Below are positions 44,464 to 54,765 of a DNA stretch of 64,000 nucleotides, in pieces. The translations under genes and the position numbers were made by a program. Every line of letters starts with the position of its first letter. The first letter of the stretch is position 1. This DNA comes from Pirellulales bacterium (GTDB lineage: Bacteria > Planctomycetota > Planctomycetia > Pirellulales > UBA1268): positions 52,497 through 116,496 of the forward strand of contig JBIIIP010000001.1 of NCBI GenBank assembly GCA_044234625.1. Reading direction: 5' to 3'. The notes beneath the pieces are model-generated. The model had not been told where the DNA came from. It saw nothing but the letters and a program-made list of their open reading frames with translations, and made no database searches.

Positions 44464-46017
44464 TCACGCCACCACGAGCGTGGCCAGCCAGTACAAGGCC
44501 GCCGACAGCACGATCACCGCCGGAAGCGTGAGCACCCATGCCAAGGCAATCTCCCGACACGTGCTCGCCTGAATGCCCGACCGATTGGCCCACATCGTGC
44601 CGGCCACCCCGCTGGAAAGCACGTGCGTCGTGCTCACCGGCAGCCCGCAGCCGTCGGCCAGGCCGATCGTGCCGGCAGCCACCAGTTCCGCCACACCCCC
44701 TTGGGCGTAGGAAAGATGCGTCTTGCCGATCTTCTCACCCACCGTGACCACGATCCGCTTCCAGCCCACCATCGTCCCCAGACCGAGACACAAGGCCACC
44801 CCCATCACCACCCACTCCGGCACATACTCCACCGGCCGGGCAAGATCACCGGCGATGCCCGCCAACACCCGGCGACGATCTTCCGTCAGCTGGTGGCCAA
44901 ACTCCCGCAGCAGCGTCCGCACGGAAATGCCCAGTTCGACCAACTGCGTGCGCAGGGTCCAGCGGCCCGCGGCATCGAGGTCAGAAAACCCCTGCCGGCC
45001 ACCGAGCGTCTCGATCACACCCCTGGCCAACGGCAGCGGATCGAGCGTGGCCAGCACTGGGTCGTCGGTCCCAAAAGCGTCGTAGACATCGTTGACGAGC
45101 CCGTACTCCAGCGTTTCCGCGGCGGCCACGCCACTGCCGCGGGCCAGCCGTTCCACCCGCGTCGTGGCAATGTGCTGGTCCCTGAGGGCCGCCATCATCG
45201 CCGCCATGTCCGGCGCCGTCAGTTCGGCCTCCAGTTTCTTCGCGGCCGCGACGGCCGCGGCCACCGCCTGCGGAGAGGATCGCATGTCGAGCGCGTAAGA
45301 CGCCGGCACGATGCCGATGAGCACGAGCATGATCAGGCCCATGCCCTTCTGGCCGTCGTTGGAGCCATGGGCGAAGCTCACGCCGGTGCAGGTGCCGATC
45401 AACAAGAGCCGGATCCACCACGGTGGCGGCGCTTCGCCTGCCGGGGGTTCGTAGAGCGCGGGCGAACGCAGCAGCCGGCGACAGACCAGGAGGAGGCCGG
45501 CAGCCAACCCGAAGCCGATGACCGGCGACAAGAGCAGTGCCAGCATCACTTCCGTCACCTTGTGCCAGTTCAGCCCCTGGAAAAATGAGCCGTGCTCGAG
45601 CCATGCATTCATCATTCCCACGCCCATGATCGAGCCGATGAGGGCGTGCGAGCTGCTCGCCGGCAGCCCCCGATACCAGGTGGCGAAATTCCAGACGATC
45701 GCCGCCACGAGCAGCGCGAGCACCATGGCCAGCCCGCGGCCGGTCTTGATGTTCACGAGCAGATCCACCGGCAGCAGATGCACGATGCTGAAGGCCACGC
45801 CGATGCCGCCGGCATGGACCCCGATGAAGTTCCACAGGCCCGACCAGACCACCGCAGGCGTGGGGGCGAGCGCCTTGGTGTAAATCACGGTGGCGACAGC
45901 GTTGGCCGTGTCGTGAAAACCGTTGACGCACTCGAAGCCGAACGCGATGGCCAGCGCGACGATCAACAGCACCGTCTGGCCGGTGCCGAGGGTCGCGGCT
46001 GCTTCGAGGAAGTCCAT
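44464..46017 (-). CDS. Inorganic phosphate transporter, PiT family
   Basis: GFHDTANAVAT near the N-terminus and GSNDGQKGMG in the second half. A large cytoplasmic insertion lies between the two halves. Confidence 0.85.
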   Translation of the reverse strand: MDFLEAAATLGTGQTVLLIVALAIAFGFECVNGFHDTANAVATVIYTKALAPTPAVVWSGLWNFIGVHAGGIGVAFSIVHLLPVDLLVNIKTGRGLAMVLALLVAAIVWNFATWYRGLPASSSHALIGSIMGVGMMNAWLEHGSFFQGLNWHKVTEVMLALLLSPVIGFGLAAGLLLVCRRLLRSPALYEPPAGEAPPPWWIRLLLIGTCTGVSFAHGSNDGQKGMGLIMLVLIGIVPASYALDMRSSPQAVAAAVAAAKKLEAELTAPDMAAMMAALRDQHIATTRVERLARGSGVAAAETLEYGLVNDVYDAFGTDDPVLATLDPLPLARGVIETLGGRQGFSDLDAAGRWTLRTQLVELGISVRTLLREFGHQLTEDRRRVLAGIAGDLARPVEYVPEWVVMGVALCLGLGTMVGWKRIVVTVGEKIGKTHLSYAQGGVAELVAAGTIGLADGCGLPVSTTHVLSSGVAGTMWANRSGIQASTCREIALAWVLTLPAVIVLSAALYWLATLVVA

Positions 46018-46182
46018 CGTCAGCGCCTCCCCGGCGGACGCACATGCGTGTTCGCCGCAGACTAGGGCCGCACCCCGAGGCACTCAAGCCGCGCGGCCAT
46101 GCTGAACGAAAATCTCACACAGGCCGCTGAACCCGCGGCGCCGTGGTCAGCCGGCATCCCGTGGGCCACAATCGCTCCTGCC

Positions 46183-47334
46183 ATGGCCAGCCCCGCTGCC
46201 GACAATCCGTTTGCCTCCTGCCCCGATCGCCGCGGTACCGGCTCCGAAAAGTGGGACCGCTGGGCCGGCCGCGACGTGCTCCCCCTCTGGGTCGCCGACA
46301 TGGATTTCCGGGCGCCCGACGTCGTGCTCGACGCGCTGCACAGCCGCGTCGGTGACGGCGTCTTCGGCTACACGAACCCGCCGCCGGGGTTCGCCCCGGC
46401 CCTCGCCGACCATCTCCTGAAGCGGCATGGCTGGACGATCGACCCGGAGACCGTGGTGGCCACCCCCGGCGTCGTCACCGGCCTGGCGATCACGGCGCGC
46501 CTGCTCACGCAGCCCGACGACGAGATCCTCACGTTCACGCCCGTCTATCCGCCGTTTCTCACGCTGCCGGCCTTGGCCGGCCGCCGCTGCACGCGTGTGC
46601 CGCTGACGCAGTCCACCGCCACATGGCAGATCGATTGGGATGCGCTCGCGGCGGCGATCTCGCCGCGGACGAAGCTCTTCTGGCTCTGCCATCCCCACAA
46701 CCCCACCGGCACCGTCTTCAGCCCGCCCGACCTGCTCGCCCTCGCCGATCTCTGCGAACGGCATGGCATCACGATCATCAGCGACGAGATCTGGGCCGAC
46801 CTCGTGCTCGATGCCGAGGCGCGACACGTGCCGTTCGCAAGCCTCGACCACCCCGCGGCCCGCCGCGCGATCACGCTCGTGGCGCCCTCGAAAACCTGGA
46901 ATCTCGCCGGCCTGGGCTGTGCGGCGGCGATCGTGCCCGAGCCGGCCCACCGGCGGCAGTGGCGGGCGGCGGGCGGCGGACTCGTGCCCATGATCACGCC
47001 GCTGGGATACGCGGCCGCCGAAGCCGCCTGGCGGCACGGTGACCCATGGCGCCGCGAACTCATCGGCTTGCTGCGGCGGCATCACGCGCTGGCGGCAGCT
47101 GCGGTGGCGCGGATTCCGGGCCTCGCGATGGTGCCGGCCCAGGCCACGTATCTGGCCTGGATCGACTGCCGCGGCACGGCTGCCGCCGATCCACAAGCCG
47201 CCTGCGAGGCGGCGGGGCTGGGGCCATCCGATGGCCGCGATTTCGGCGCGCCGGGTTTCATCCGGCTCAACCTGGCCTGCCCGACCGACCGCCTCGAAGA
47301 GGCCCTGCGCCGACTGGCGCGGGCCTTTGCCTGA
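46183..47334 (+). CDS. PatB/MalY-type C-S lyase (class I/II aminotransferase fold)
   Basis: DRRGTGSEKWD, LPLWVADMDF, GVFGYT, and SPSKTWNLAGL (PLP-Lys context reads APSKTWNLAG). Confidence 0.85.
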   Translation: MASPAADNPFASCPDRRGTGSEKWDRWAGRDVLPLWVADMDFRAPDVVLDALHSRVGDGVFGYTNPPPGFAPALADHLLKRHGWTIDPETVVATPGVVTGLAITARLLTQPDDEILTFTPVYPPFLTLPALAGRRCTRVPLTQSTATWQIDWDALAAAISPRTKLFWLCHPHNPTGTVFSPPDLLALADLCERHGITIISDEIWADLVLDAEARHVPFASLDHPAARRAITLVAPSKTWNLAGLGCAAAIVPEPAHRRQWRAAGGGLVPMITPLGYAAAEAAWRHGDPWRRELIGLLRRHHALAAAAVARIPGLAMVPAQATYLAWIDCRGTAAADPQAACEAAGLGPSDGRDFGAPGFIRLNLACPTDRLEEALRRLARAFA

Positions 47335-47472
47335 CCCGCGCGGCAAACCCTGCCGCCTGGGCAGGCTGCGGGCCCGATGGAACCGCTGCGTCATGGAAGC
47401 CGTCGGCTCATCTGCAGCGGGCGTTCTGGCCGATCCCCTTTTCACACCGAACACATTTCTAAGGGGAATGCC

Positions 47473-47775
47473 ATGGCCAAGAGCAAGTCGAGGAAGAAGT
47501 CGAGCCGCACCACCTACACCCAGCAGATCGCCGGGTTGGCCACGATGGGCATGCCGGCGCCGGTGCAGAAGGTGGCGACCTCGAAGTGGGGCTCGAAACT
47601 GCTGCTGCTGCTCGTGCCGATTCTCATCGCCACCGGCGTGATCACCGTCTCCTTCAACGGCGGCCTGCCCAGCATCTCCTTCAACAAGGATCGGGCGGCG
47701 GCCGTCGGCCAGCAGGTGACGGACCAGGCGATCAAGGCGGCCGAGGCCATCCGCCAGCAGGATATGCGGCGCTAA
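47473..47775 (+). CDS. Hypothetical single-pass membrane protein (100 aa)
   Basis: Lys/Ser-rich N-terminus and one TM helix (LLLLLVPILIATGVITV). AAGGGG upstream of the ATG. Confidence 0.45.
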   Translation: MAKSKSRKKSSRTTYTQQIAGLATMGMPAPVQKVATSKWGSKLLLLLVPILIATGVITVSFNGGLPSISFNKDRAAAVGQQVTDQAIKAAEAIRQQDMRR

Positions 47776-47789
47776 CGTAGGCTGGTGGC

Positions 47790-49073
47790 ATGCGCCACGC
47801 CCCCATCGATCTGGGCCTGTTCATCGACCACCGCCGGCGGCTGACCGCGCTTCTCCCCAGGCGGTCCCTGACCATCGTGCACGCCGCCGACGTGCTGCCC
47901 ACGACGGGCGACGGCACGGCGCGGCTGTATCCCGCCAGCGATCTCTTCTGGCTCACGGGCATCGAGCAGGAGGAGAGCGTGCTCGTGCTCGCGCCGGACG
48001 CGATCGAGCCCGCCTCCCGGGAGATGCTCTTCATCCGCCAGCCCAACGAGCATCTGGCGACCTGGGAGGGGGAAAAGCTCTCCAAGGAACGGGCCACCGC
48101 CGTCTCCGGCATCGCCACGATCCGCTGGCTCTCCGACCTGCCGGCCGCGGTCCACGGCCTCATGGTCGACAGCGACCTGGTGTTTCTCAACGCGAACGAG
48201 CACGAACGGGCCGCCACGGAGATCGAGCCACGCGACCTGCGGCTGGCCCGGCGGCTGATGCACACCTACCCGCTGCACCGCTATGACCGGCTCGCGCCGC
48301 TCATGCGGCGGCTGCGGAGCGTGAAGAGCCCGGCCGAGGTGGCCCTCATCCAGCAGGCCATCGCCATCACGGCCGCCGGGCTGCGACGGCTGGTCGCCAG
48401 CCTGAAGCCCGGCGTGAGGGAGTATGAACTGGAGGCGGAGCTGGTCGCCGAGTTCACCCGGCAGCGGGCGAAGATGGCCTACGAGCCGATCATCGCCTCC
48501 GGAAAAAACGCTTGCGTGCTCCACTACGTGGAGAACGACAAGGAGTGTCGCGCGGGCGACCTTGTGCTCGTCGACGCTGGCGCCTGCTATGCCAACTACA
48601 ACGCCGACCTCACCCGCACCTATCCGGTCGGGGGAAAATTCTCGCCACGGCAGCGGGCAGTCTATGACGCCGTGCTCCGCGTGCTCAAAAGCTCGATCGC
48701 CCGGGCGAAGCCGGCTGTCACGCCGCGGGAATGGAAGCGGGCGGCCCAGGTGGAGATGACGGGCGAACTCGTGGCCCTCGGCCTGCTTTCGAAAGAGGAA
48801 GCCGCCAAGGACACGCCCGAAGAGCCGGCCTGCCGGAAATACTTCATGCACGGCCTGGGGCATGCGCTGGGCCTGGGCGTGCACGATCTCGCCCCGCCAA
48901 ACGGCCCCTTCGAGCCGGGCTGGGTGCTGACCGTCGAGCCGGGGATCTACATTCCCGCCGAGGGAATCGGCGTTCGTCTCGAGAACGACATCCTGATCAC
49001 GGCGGACGGCGCCGTGGACCTCTGCGCCGACGTGCCCATCGAGCCCGACGAGATCGAATCGCTTTTCCGATAG
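47790..49073 (+). CDS. Xaa-Pro aminopeptidase (M24B)
   Basis: Aminopeptidase-P N-domain followed by the pita-bread motifs VLVDAGACYANYNADLTRT, HGLGHALGLGVHD, and VEPGIY..GIGVRLEND. Confidence 0.85.
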   Translation: MRHAPIDLGLFIDHRRRLTALLPRRSLTIVHAADVLPTTGDGTARLYPASDLFWLTGIEQEESVLVLAPDAIEPASREMLFIRQPNEHLATWEGEKLSKERATAVSGIATIRWLSDLPAAVHGLMVDSDLVFLNANEHERAATEIEPRDLRLARRLMHTYPLHRYDRLAPLMRRLRSVKSPAEVALIQQAIAITAAGLRRLVASLKPGVREYELEAELVAEFTRQRAKMAYEPIIASGKNACVLHYVENDKECRAGDLVLVDAGACYANYNADLTRTYPVGGKFSPRQRAVYDAVLRVLKSSIARAKPAVTPREWKRAAQVEMTGELVALGLLSKEEAAKDTPEEPACRKYFMHGLGHALGLGVHDLAPPNGPFEPGWVLTVEPGIYIPAEGIGVRLENDILITADGAVDLCADVPIEPDEIESLFR

Positions 49074-49229
49074 ATCGCATCCGCGAATACCGCCGCAACG
49101 ACCCGGTAAACCAGGGACGGAGGCGAAGGGGTCGGCGAAAGCTCGAGGAGCTTTGGGCTATCCTGCCCACGCGACGCGACTTTTGCCGCCCCGTAGCCGG
49201 TGCTCCACCAAAGTCGAATGCGCTCGAGA

Positions 49230-49260
49230 GGTCCGTCCCCACTTTGGGAGAGAGGCGGGG
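49230..49260. repeat. Solitary degenerate half-copy of the REP-like tail
   Basis: GGTCCGTCCCCACTTTGGGAGAGAGGCGGGG versus GGTCTGTCCCCACGGTGGGAGAGAGCCGGTG (36097-36127): about 26/31 by eye. Confidence 0.35.
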
Positions 49261-49314
49261 GCTCCGCTTCTCCCCTATACTGTCGGCTTTCCTCCCGGCC
49301 TGTGGAGCCACGCG

Positions 49315-49806
49315 ATGCGACTCGTTGCCGCCGTCACCGTTTGCTGCCTAGCCCTTCTCACCCCGGAGATCACCGTGGCCAATCAAGCCTCCGACACCGT
49401 CGCCCAGGAAGTGCCCCACCCGAAGCTGCCCTCCGGCGCCGGGAAGATCGATGCTGATGCCCCGAAGGCGTTCGCCAAAACGGCTTCCGGCCTGCAATAC
49501 CGGGTGCTCCGCAAGGGCACCGGCACCGCTCCCAAGGCGGCCAACACCGTGAAGGTGCATTACCACGGCTGGCTCGACGATGGCGGCGTCTTCGACAGCT
49601 CCTACAAGCGCGGCGAGTCGATCGAGTTTCCGCTCAATGGCGTGATCCCCGGCTGGACCGAAGGCATGCAGCTCGTCGGCAAGGGCGGCATGATCGAGTT
49701 GCTCATCCCCAGCAACCTCGGCTACGGTGCCCGCGGCACTCCCGGCGGCCCGATCCCCCCCAATGCCACGCTCCACTTCCTGGTCGAACTGCTGGAGGTA
49801 AAGTAG
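49315..49806 (+). CDS. FKBP-type peptidyl-prolyl cis-trans isomerase, secreted
   Basis: Signal peptide, then GLQYRVLRKGTG, VKVHYHGWLDDGGVFDSSY, VIPGWTEG and LHFLVELLEV. Confidence 0.9.
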   Translation: MRLVAAVTVCCLALLTPEITVANQASDTVAQEVPHPKLPSGAGKIDADAPKAFAKTASGLQYRVLRKGTGTAPKAANTVKVHYHGWLDDGGVFDSSYKRGESIEFPLNGVIPGWTEGMQLVGKGGMIELLIPSNLGYGARGTPGGPIPPNATLHFLVELLEVK

Positions 49807-49912
49807 CCCCCCATCCTCACCAATTTCTCACGGGAACCTCACGACCGTCTCACGCGATCCTGCCACGATCACGCTCGATAGATCTCCTGTCCTCCAACAG
49901 ACCGGGGTTTCC

Positions 49913-50161
49913 ATGCCGAGCACACCGGATCGAGAGGCCACCCAGCCGGCCAAAGAGTCCGGCCAGAAGCCTGTCGCCAAGGCGAAGGCCGCCCTGTCCA
50001 CGCAACTGGCGGAGCAGTTGGGTATGAAGCGATGGCTGCGGGTCACGGCCCGCAAATCGCTGGCATCGGCGAAGTCGGCCGGGCAATCCGGCAATGCCGC
50101 CGCCGACGCGGCGGCTCAGGCCTTGGCCGAATTACTGAAGGATGCAAAAAAACTGGCTTGA
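49913..50161 (+). CDS. Hypothetical small basic Ala/Lys-rich protein
   Basis: The only sizeable ORF in this gap. No motif recognised. Weak support. Confidence 0.3.
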   Translation: MPSTPDREATQPAKESGQKPVAKAKAALSTQLAEQLGMKRWLRVTARKSLASAKSAGQSGNAAADAAAQALAELLKDAKKLA

Positions 50162-50332
50162 CGGTAGAATGCACCCTGGGCGGCTAGGGGGCTTCGGAAT
50201 TTTTTTGGCTCACGTTTTTCTCACTTTCATTTCATATCCCTCTCATCGTTCGCCCGTACAACTCGTGGCGTGAAAGCCGAAGGGAGTCTTCGGCACGGCA
50301 CGGGATGGTTTTTCTCAACGAAGGAATTTTTT

Positions 50333-51625
50333 ATGCGTCATTCCCTCCAAGGATCGCGCAGGGCCTTCACGCTCGTGGAGTTGCTCGTCGTGATCTCGAT
50401 CATCGGGCTCCTCGTAGCCCTGTTGTTGCCGGCGCTGTCGTCGGCTCGTCAGTCGGCGATCGCTGCCGGGGCGAACCTGAACCTCAACGGCTTCGGCCGT
50501 GGTTTCATGATCACCGCCGACCAGGACACTGCCGATCGTGGTCGGCTCTGCACCGGTGCCTTCGACCACCTCCGTGACGGCGACGTTCGCCGGATCGGCT
50601 GGGTCGCCGACATCATCAGGTTGAAGGTCGCCAACCCCAACAAGGCCAACGACCCTTCGAATCCCTCGAAGTTGAATGAGAAGGTTGCCGACTATGTGGG
50701 CGCGGTGAACACGTCCGGCAAGGCGGCGCGGCTCTCGTGGTCGGGCACTGGTACCGGCGCGACGATCAGCAACGTGCACTTCGGTGGAGCAAACGGCCCG
50801 AAGGATGCCCTGACGGCCACCGGCACCACCGTTGCGTGGCGCCGTGAAAACCTTTGGGACCCAGGCTTCAACTCCAACTTCGCCACGTCATGGTATTTCG
50901 TCCGCGGCGACCAGCGGCCTCTGCTCACGGACGCGTCAAAGTATAGTGCCGATCCTGACCCTGCTGACCCGAACAAGTGCCCCCGCGACGGCGAGGGTCC
51001 GCTCAGCGAGGGCAAATTGATGCAGTGCCAGGCCGCCCGTGATGTGGTTCCGTTGATGGCGAATGCCCGCAACGGTGACGGTGCCGATGCCGCCATCGAC
51101 GGGGTGAGTGGGCCCTCTTCCGCGACGATCAATGGCTTCTTCGGCTTCGATCAATCGGGCGAGACGCCGATCGCGAAGCCCGGGGACTTCTGTGTCGAGT
51201 CGTTCTGCGACGGCAAGCAGTGCACCAATTCGCCTGATGCCGCCGTCGGCACGACCCTCGGCATCACCTGGAATGCCATCACTTCCGCGACGGACAACTC
51301 CGGTGCCTTTGCCGGCTGTGTCCACGAATTCAACGACTTCTATCCGGTCGTTGGAGCACGGAAGACCGGCGATGGTCTGTGGGCCGGCGGCTCCTGCCAA
51401 ATCCTCTTTGCCGACGGCCACGTCGGCAAGATCCGGGACGAGGGCGGGTACAACGGCGCTGCCGACAGCTGGATCGGCCCCAACAAGGTGAACGCGGCCT
51501 CCACGGTGTCGTCGGCGATGTACGAGCTGACGGCCTCCGGCTACCGCGAGATCCAGGGCAAGGTCTGGGTCAAGGACCTCGGCTCGGCTGATGCCGCCGG
51601 CGCAGGCGGCACGGGCAACGAGTGA
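50333..51625 (+). CDS. Prepilin-type N-terminal cleavage/methylation domain protein (DUF1559-like pseudopilin family)
   Basis: RAFTLVELLVVISIIGLLVALLLPALSSAR N-terminus and the C-terminal LFADGHVG typical of the planctomycete DUF1559 family. Confidence 0.8.
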   Translation: MRHSLQGSRRAFTLVELLVVISIIGLLVALLLPALSSARQSAIAAGANLNLNGFGRGFMITADQDTADRGRLCTGAFDHLRDGDVRRIGWVADIIRLKVANPNKANDPSNPSKLNEKVADYVGAVNTSGKAARLSWSGTGTGATISNVHFGGANGPKDALTATGTTVAWRRENLWDPGFNSNFATSWYFVRGDQRPLLTDASKYSADPDPADPNKCPRDGEGPLSEGKLMQCQAARDVVPLMANARNGDGADAAIDGVSGPSSATINGFFGFDQSGETPIAKPGDFCVESFCDGKQCTNSPDAAVGTTLGITWNAITSATDNSGAFAGCVHEFNDFYPVVGARKTGDGLWAGGSCQILFADGHVGKIRDEGGYNGAADSWIGPNKVNAASTVSSAMYELTASGYREIQGKVWVKDLGSADAAGAGGTGNE

Positions 51626-51669
51626 TCGGCTTTGATCACTGGCCTTTGCATCGGTGTGAACTGTCGTGA

Positions 51670-51704
51670 GCTGCGGCCGCCTTCGGGCGGCCGCAGCCTT
51701 TTCT
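51670..51704 (+). terminator. Rho-independent terminator after the pseudopilin-like gene
   Basis: GCTGCGGCCGCC-TTCG-GGCGGCCGCAGC is a perfect 12-bp stem with a tetraloop, followed by CTTTTCT. Confidence 0.7.
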
Positions 51705-51758
51705 GGTGTTGCACAGAGACGGTGCTATGATCGGTTTGCTGTCGCGAGGAGTCGAAGC

Positions 51759-53792
51759 ATGTCTGTGATTGCCGCAGATTCGGTTTCGGTTGAACATCTC
51801 GATCAGCCTGCTGCCGAGCCGGCCGCGATAATCCCTCCGGCGACGGTGAAACTCGAGCTTGGGCTACGGCTGCAGATCATGGCCACGCTCGTGGGCGGCA
51901 CGCTGCTGTTGTGCGCGTTGCTTGCCGGCTGGCTCTGGAACCAGCCGCTCTTCCCGGCGATTCCCGCGGTGATTTCCGTCATCCTCCTGGCGACGCCGCT
52001 GGTGGTGGCCGCCGCTCGCGATCTCATCGCCGGCAAAGCAGGAATGAACGCCCTGGTGGCACTGGCCGTGATCGGGGCCGTATCGAGCGGAAAGTACCAG
52101 GAGGCTGCGGCGGTCGCCTTCTTCATGATCGTTTCGTCACTCATCGAAAAACGGACAGCGGCGGGGGCAGAGGCAAGCATCGAATCCCTGATCAGGCTCG
52201 CGCCGACGAAGGCCAGCCGCCTGGTGGAGACGCCCCACGAGGGCACCCGCGAGGAACTCGTCGAGGCCACCGCGCTGCGGCCCGGCGACACGGTCCGCGT
52301 CCGGCCTGGCGACACGATCCCGGCAGACGGCGTCGTCTCCCGCGGGGCGAGCACCGTGAATCAGGCAAGCGTCACTGGGGAATCGGTTCCGGCCGAAAAA
52401 ACAGCCGGCGACGAGGTTTTCGGCAGCACGATCAACCTCACCGGCGTGCTCGATATCCGCGTCACCAAGGCGGGGGCCGACACGCTGCTCGGCCGGGTGA
52501 AGGAACTCATCCTGCAGGCCGAACGCACCAAGACGCCGATCATGCGGCTCGTCGATCAATATGCCGCGTGGTACACGCCCACGATCCTGATGCTCGTGGG
52601 GGTGGTTCTGTTTTTTGCCTTGAAGAACACGCCCGAATCGGCCTTCGATCGGGCCATCGCCATGCTCGTCGTGGCCTGCCCCAGCGCCCTGATCCTCGCC
52701 ACACCCACGGCGATGGTGGCGGCGCTGTCGGCGGCCGCGCGGCTCGGCGTGTTGATCAAGAGCGTCGCCACGCTGGAGGCCGCCCGCAACCTGACCGCCA
52801 TCGTGTTCGACAAAACAGGCACCGTGACGACAGGCGTGCTCTCCGTCACGAAGCTGGCTCCGGCCGAGGGAACGGACGCAGGAGACCTGTTGAGATGGGC
52901 GGCATCTGCCGAACAGGACAGCCGCCACCCGGTTGCCAGGGCCGTCACCGACATGGCGCGGCGGGCCCGCGTGCCGCTCGAGACGGCGGACCGTTTTGAG
53001 GAGGTGCCCGGCCGGGGCGTGATGGCGACGTTCGCTGACGGAGCCACCGTGCTCGTCGGCCGTGCCTCCTGGCTTACCGAGACCGTGCTCCCCGGCGAAG
53101 GCTTCGACGCGGATGCCCTGGAGGCGGTGCAGGTGTCGTCGGAAGCCGAGGGATTGTCGGTGCTCCACGTCGTCCGCGACGGCCGCTCCGTCGGCTGGAT
53201 CGGCCTCGAGGACAACGCCCGCCCTGAAGCGGCGGGCGCCGTTGACCGCCTCAAGACGATGGGCATCTCCCGGCTGGTACTGCTCACCGGCGATCGCAAG
53301 AGCGTGGCCAAGCGGGTGGCCGGCCAGATGCATTTCGATGACTTCAAGGCCGAGGTGCTGCCGCACGAGAAACTCGAGATGGTGGACGAACTCAAGGCCA
53401 CCGGGCACCACGTCGCCGTCATCGGCGATGGCGTGAACGACGCGCCGGCCCTCGCGGCGGGTGACGTCTCGATCGCCATGGGGGCCGCCGGCAGCGACGT
53501 GGCCATCCACTCGGCAAGCATTGCCCTGCTCAACAGCAACCTCGACCGCATCCCCTTCCTCGTCGAACTCTCACGGCGCACGATCGCCGTGATCCGCCAA
53601 AATATGCTCATCGGCGGGTTGTTCATCGTCGGCTTCATGTCGCTGGCCGGGGCCGGCTACGTGTCACCCGTCATGGCGGCGCTCCTCCATGTGGTGAGCG
53701 GCCTGGCCGTGGTGTTCAACTCGGCAAGGCTGGTGCGGTGTGGCGAGGATCTCGAGCAGGCCGAGGCGGGCCTCGCTCGGCCGCAGCCTTGA
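51759..53792 (+). CDS. Heavy-metal-translocating P1B-type ATPase without N-terminal metal-binding domain
   Basis: TGES, transmembrane CPS (VVACPSALILATP), DKTGTVT, SRHPVA (HP motif) and GDGVNDAPAL. GAGGAG upstream of the ATG at 51759. Confidence 0.9.
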   Translation: MSVIAADSVSVEHLDQPAAEPAAIIPPATVKLELGLRLQIMATLVGGTLLLCALLAGWLWNQPLFPAIPAVISVILLATPLVVAAARDLIAGKAGMNALVALAVIGAVSSGKYQEAAAVAFFMIVSSLIEKRTAAGAEASIESLIRLAPTKASRLVETPHEGTREELVEATALRPGDTVRVRPGDTIPADGVVSRGASTVNQASVTGESVPAEKTAGDEVFGSTINLTGVLDIRVTKAGADTLLGRVKELILQAERTKTPIMRLVDQYAAWYTPTILMLVGVVLFFALKNTPESAFDRAIAMLVVACPSALILATPTAMVAALSAAARLGVLIKSVATLEAARNLTAIVFDKTGTVTTGVLSVTKLAPAEGTDAGDLLRWAASAEQDSRHPVARAVTDMARRARVPLETADRFEEVPGRGVMATFADGATVLVGRASWLTETVLPGEGFDADALEAVQVSSEAEGLSVLHVVRDGRSVGWIGLEDNARPEAAGAVDRLKTMGISRLVLLTGDRKSVAKRVAGQMHFDDFKAEVLPHEKLEMVDELKATGHHVAVIGDGVNDAPALAAGDVSIAMGAAGSDVAIHSASIALLNSNLDRIPFLVELSRRTIAVIRQNMLIGGLFIVGFMSLAGAGYVSPVMAALLHVVSGLAVVFNSARLVRCGEDLEQAEAGLARPQP

Positions 53793-53799
53793 TGGCGGC

Positions 53800-54765
53800 T
53801 CAGCCGACGTCGCGGGTCTGGAAGAGGATCACGGCCAGGCTCATGACCGCCCCGACAAGGCAGGCCGCATAGAGAGTCACGGCGCCGAGATAGCCGAGCG
53901 TGATCACGCTCCCCTGAGTGAGGGCATCGGCCGGCCAGAAAAACTGCAGGTTGGGCACGACTGCCGCGAGCGGCCGCAGCCAGGCCTGGCCCGCGACCAC
54001 CAGCGACAGGAAATATTCACCGACCAGCCCCACGAGGAACACGCCGATGCAGACCAGGAGCGTGGCCACCTGGCCGAGCCGCGTCGAGGCGGCGATGGCA
54101 ATCGCCGTGAGCACGAGAACGGCCTCGAACACGAGCACGATGCCGATCATGAGCTGCGGGTCGAAATCCACAGCCGGACTCTGCAACCGCCAGCTACGGC
54201 TGACGCACGACACGATTCCCCAAGCTGCCGTCGCCAGCGCCGCGCCGGAGACCGTGAACGTGGACGGAAAAGGCCAGCGGTACAGGTAATTCGTCAGCCC
54301 TGCGATCAGGAACGTGATCAGAGCCGCGAGCAGCCCGAAGGTCACCACCGGCGGATCGAATATGTCCTCGGCCCGCACACTCGACTGCACGCGGTGGCGA
54401 ACCGTGAGCAGGAACACCAGCGACAAGAGCCAGTAGGCGATCGCGATCGCGGCCGCGACGCCGATGAACTTTCCCAACACCACCTGCATCCGCGCCACCG
54501 GCTTGCTGACCACCGTGAGCACGGTCTTGTTTTCGATCTCACGGGCGAGCACGCTGGTGGCAGAGAAGGCAGCCATGAGCAGGCCCGCGAGAAACAGGGT
54601 GCTCAGCCCCAGATCGATGAGCAGCTTGTTGTCGTCCTCGAGCGTGTAGCCGGCGACATTCACGTTGAGCAACAGGGCCAGCAAGGCCCCGCAGATGAGC
54701 ACGGCGTGGACCGGCTGACGGATCGATTCCAGGAAGGCATTTCGAGCGATGGTGAAAAGGGGCAT
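53800..54765 (-). CDS. ABC-2 type transporter permease
   Basis: MPLFTIARNAFLESIRQPV start and EIENKTVLTVVSKPVARMQVVLGKFIG motif, with multiple TM helices. Transcribed divergently from the SPFH/ABC operon. Confidence 0.7.
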   Translation of the reverse strand: MPLFTIARNAFLESIRQPVHAVLICGALLALLLNVNVAGYTLEDDNKLLIDLGLSTLFLAGLLMAAFSATSVLAREIENKTVLTVVSKPVARMQVVLGKFIGVAAAIAIAYWLLSLVFLLTVRHRVQSSVRAEDIFDPPVVTFGLLAALITFLIAGLTNYLYRWPFPSTFTVSGAALATAAWGIVSCVSRSWRLQSPAVDFDPQLMIGIVLVFEAVLVLTAIAIAASTRLGQVATLLVCIGVFLVGLVGEYFLSLVVAGQAWLRPLAAVVPNLQFFWPADALTQGSVITLGYLGAVTLYAACLVGAVMSLAVILFQTRDVG

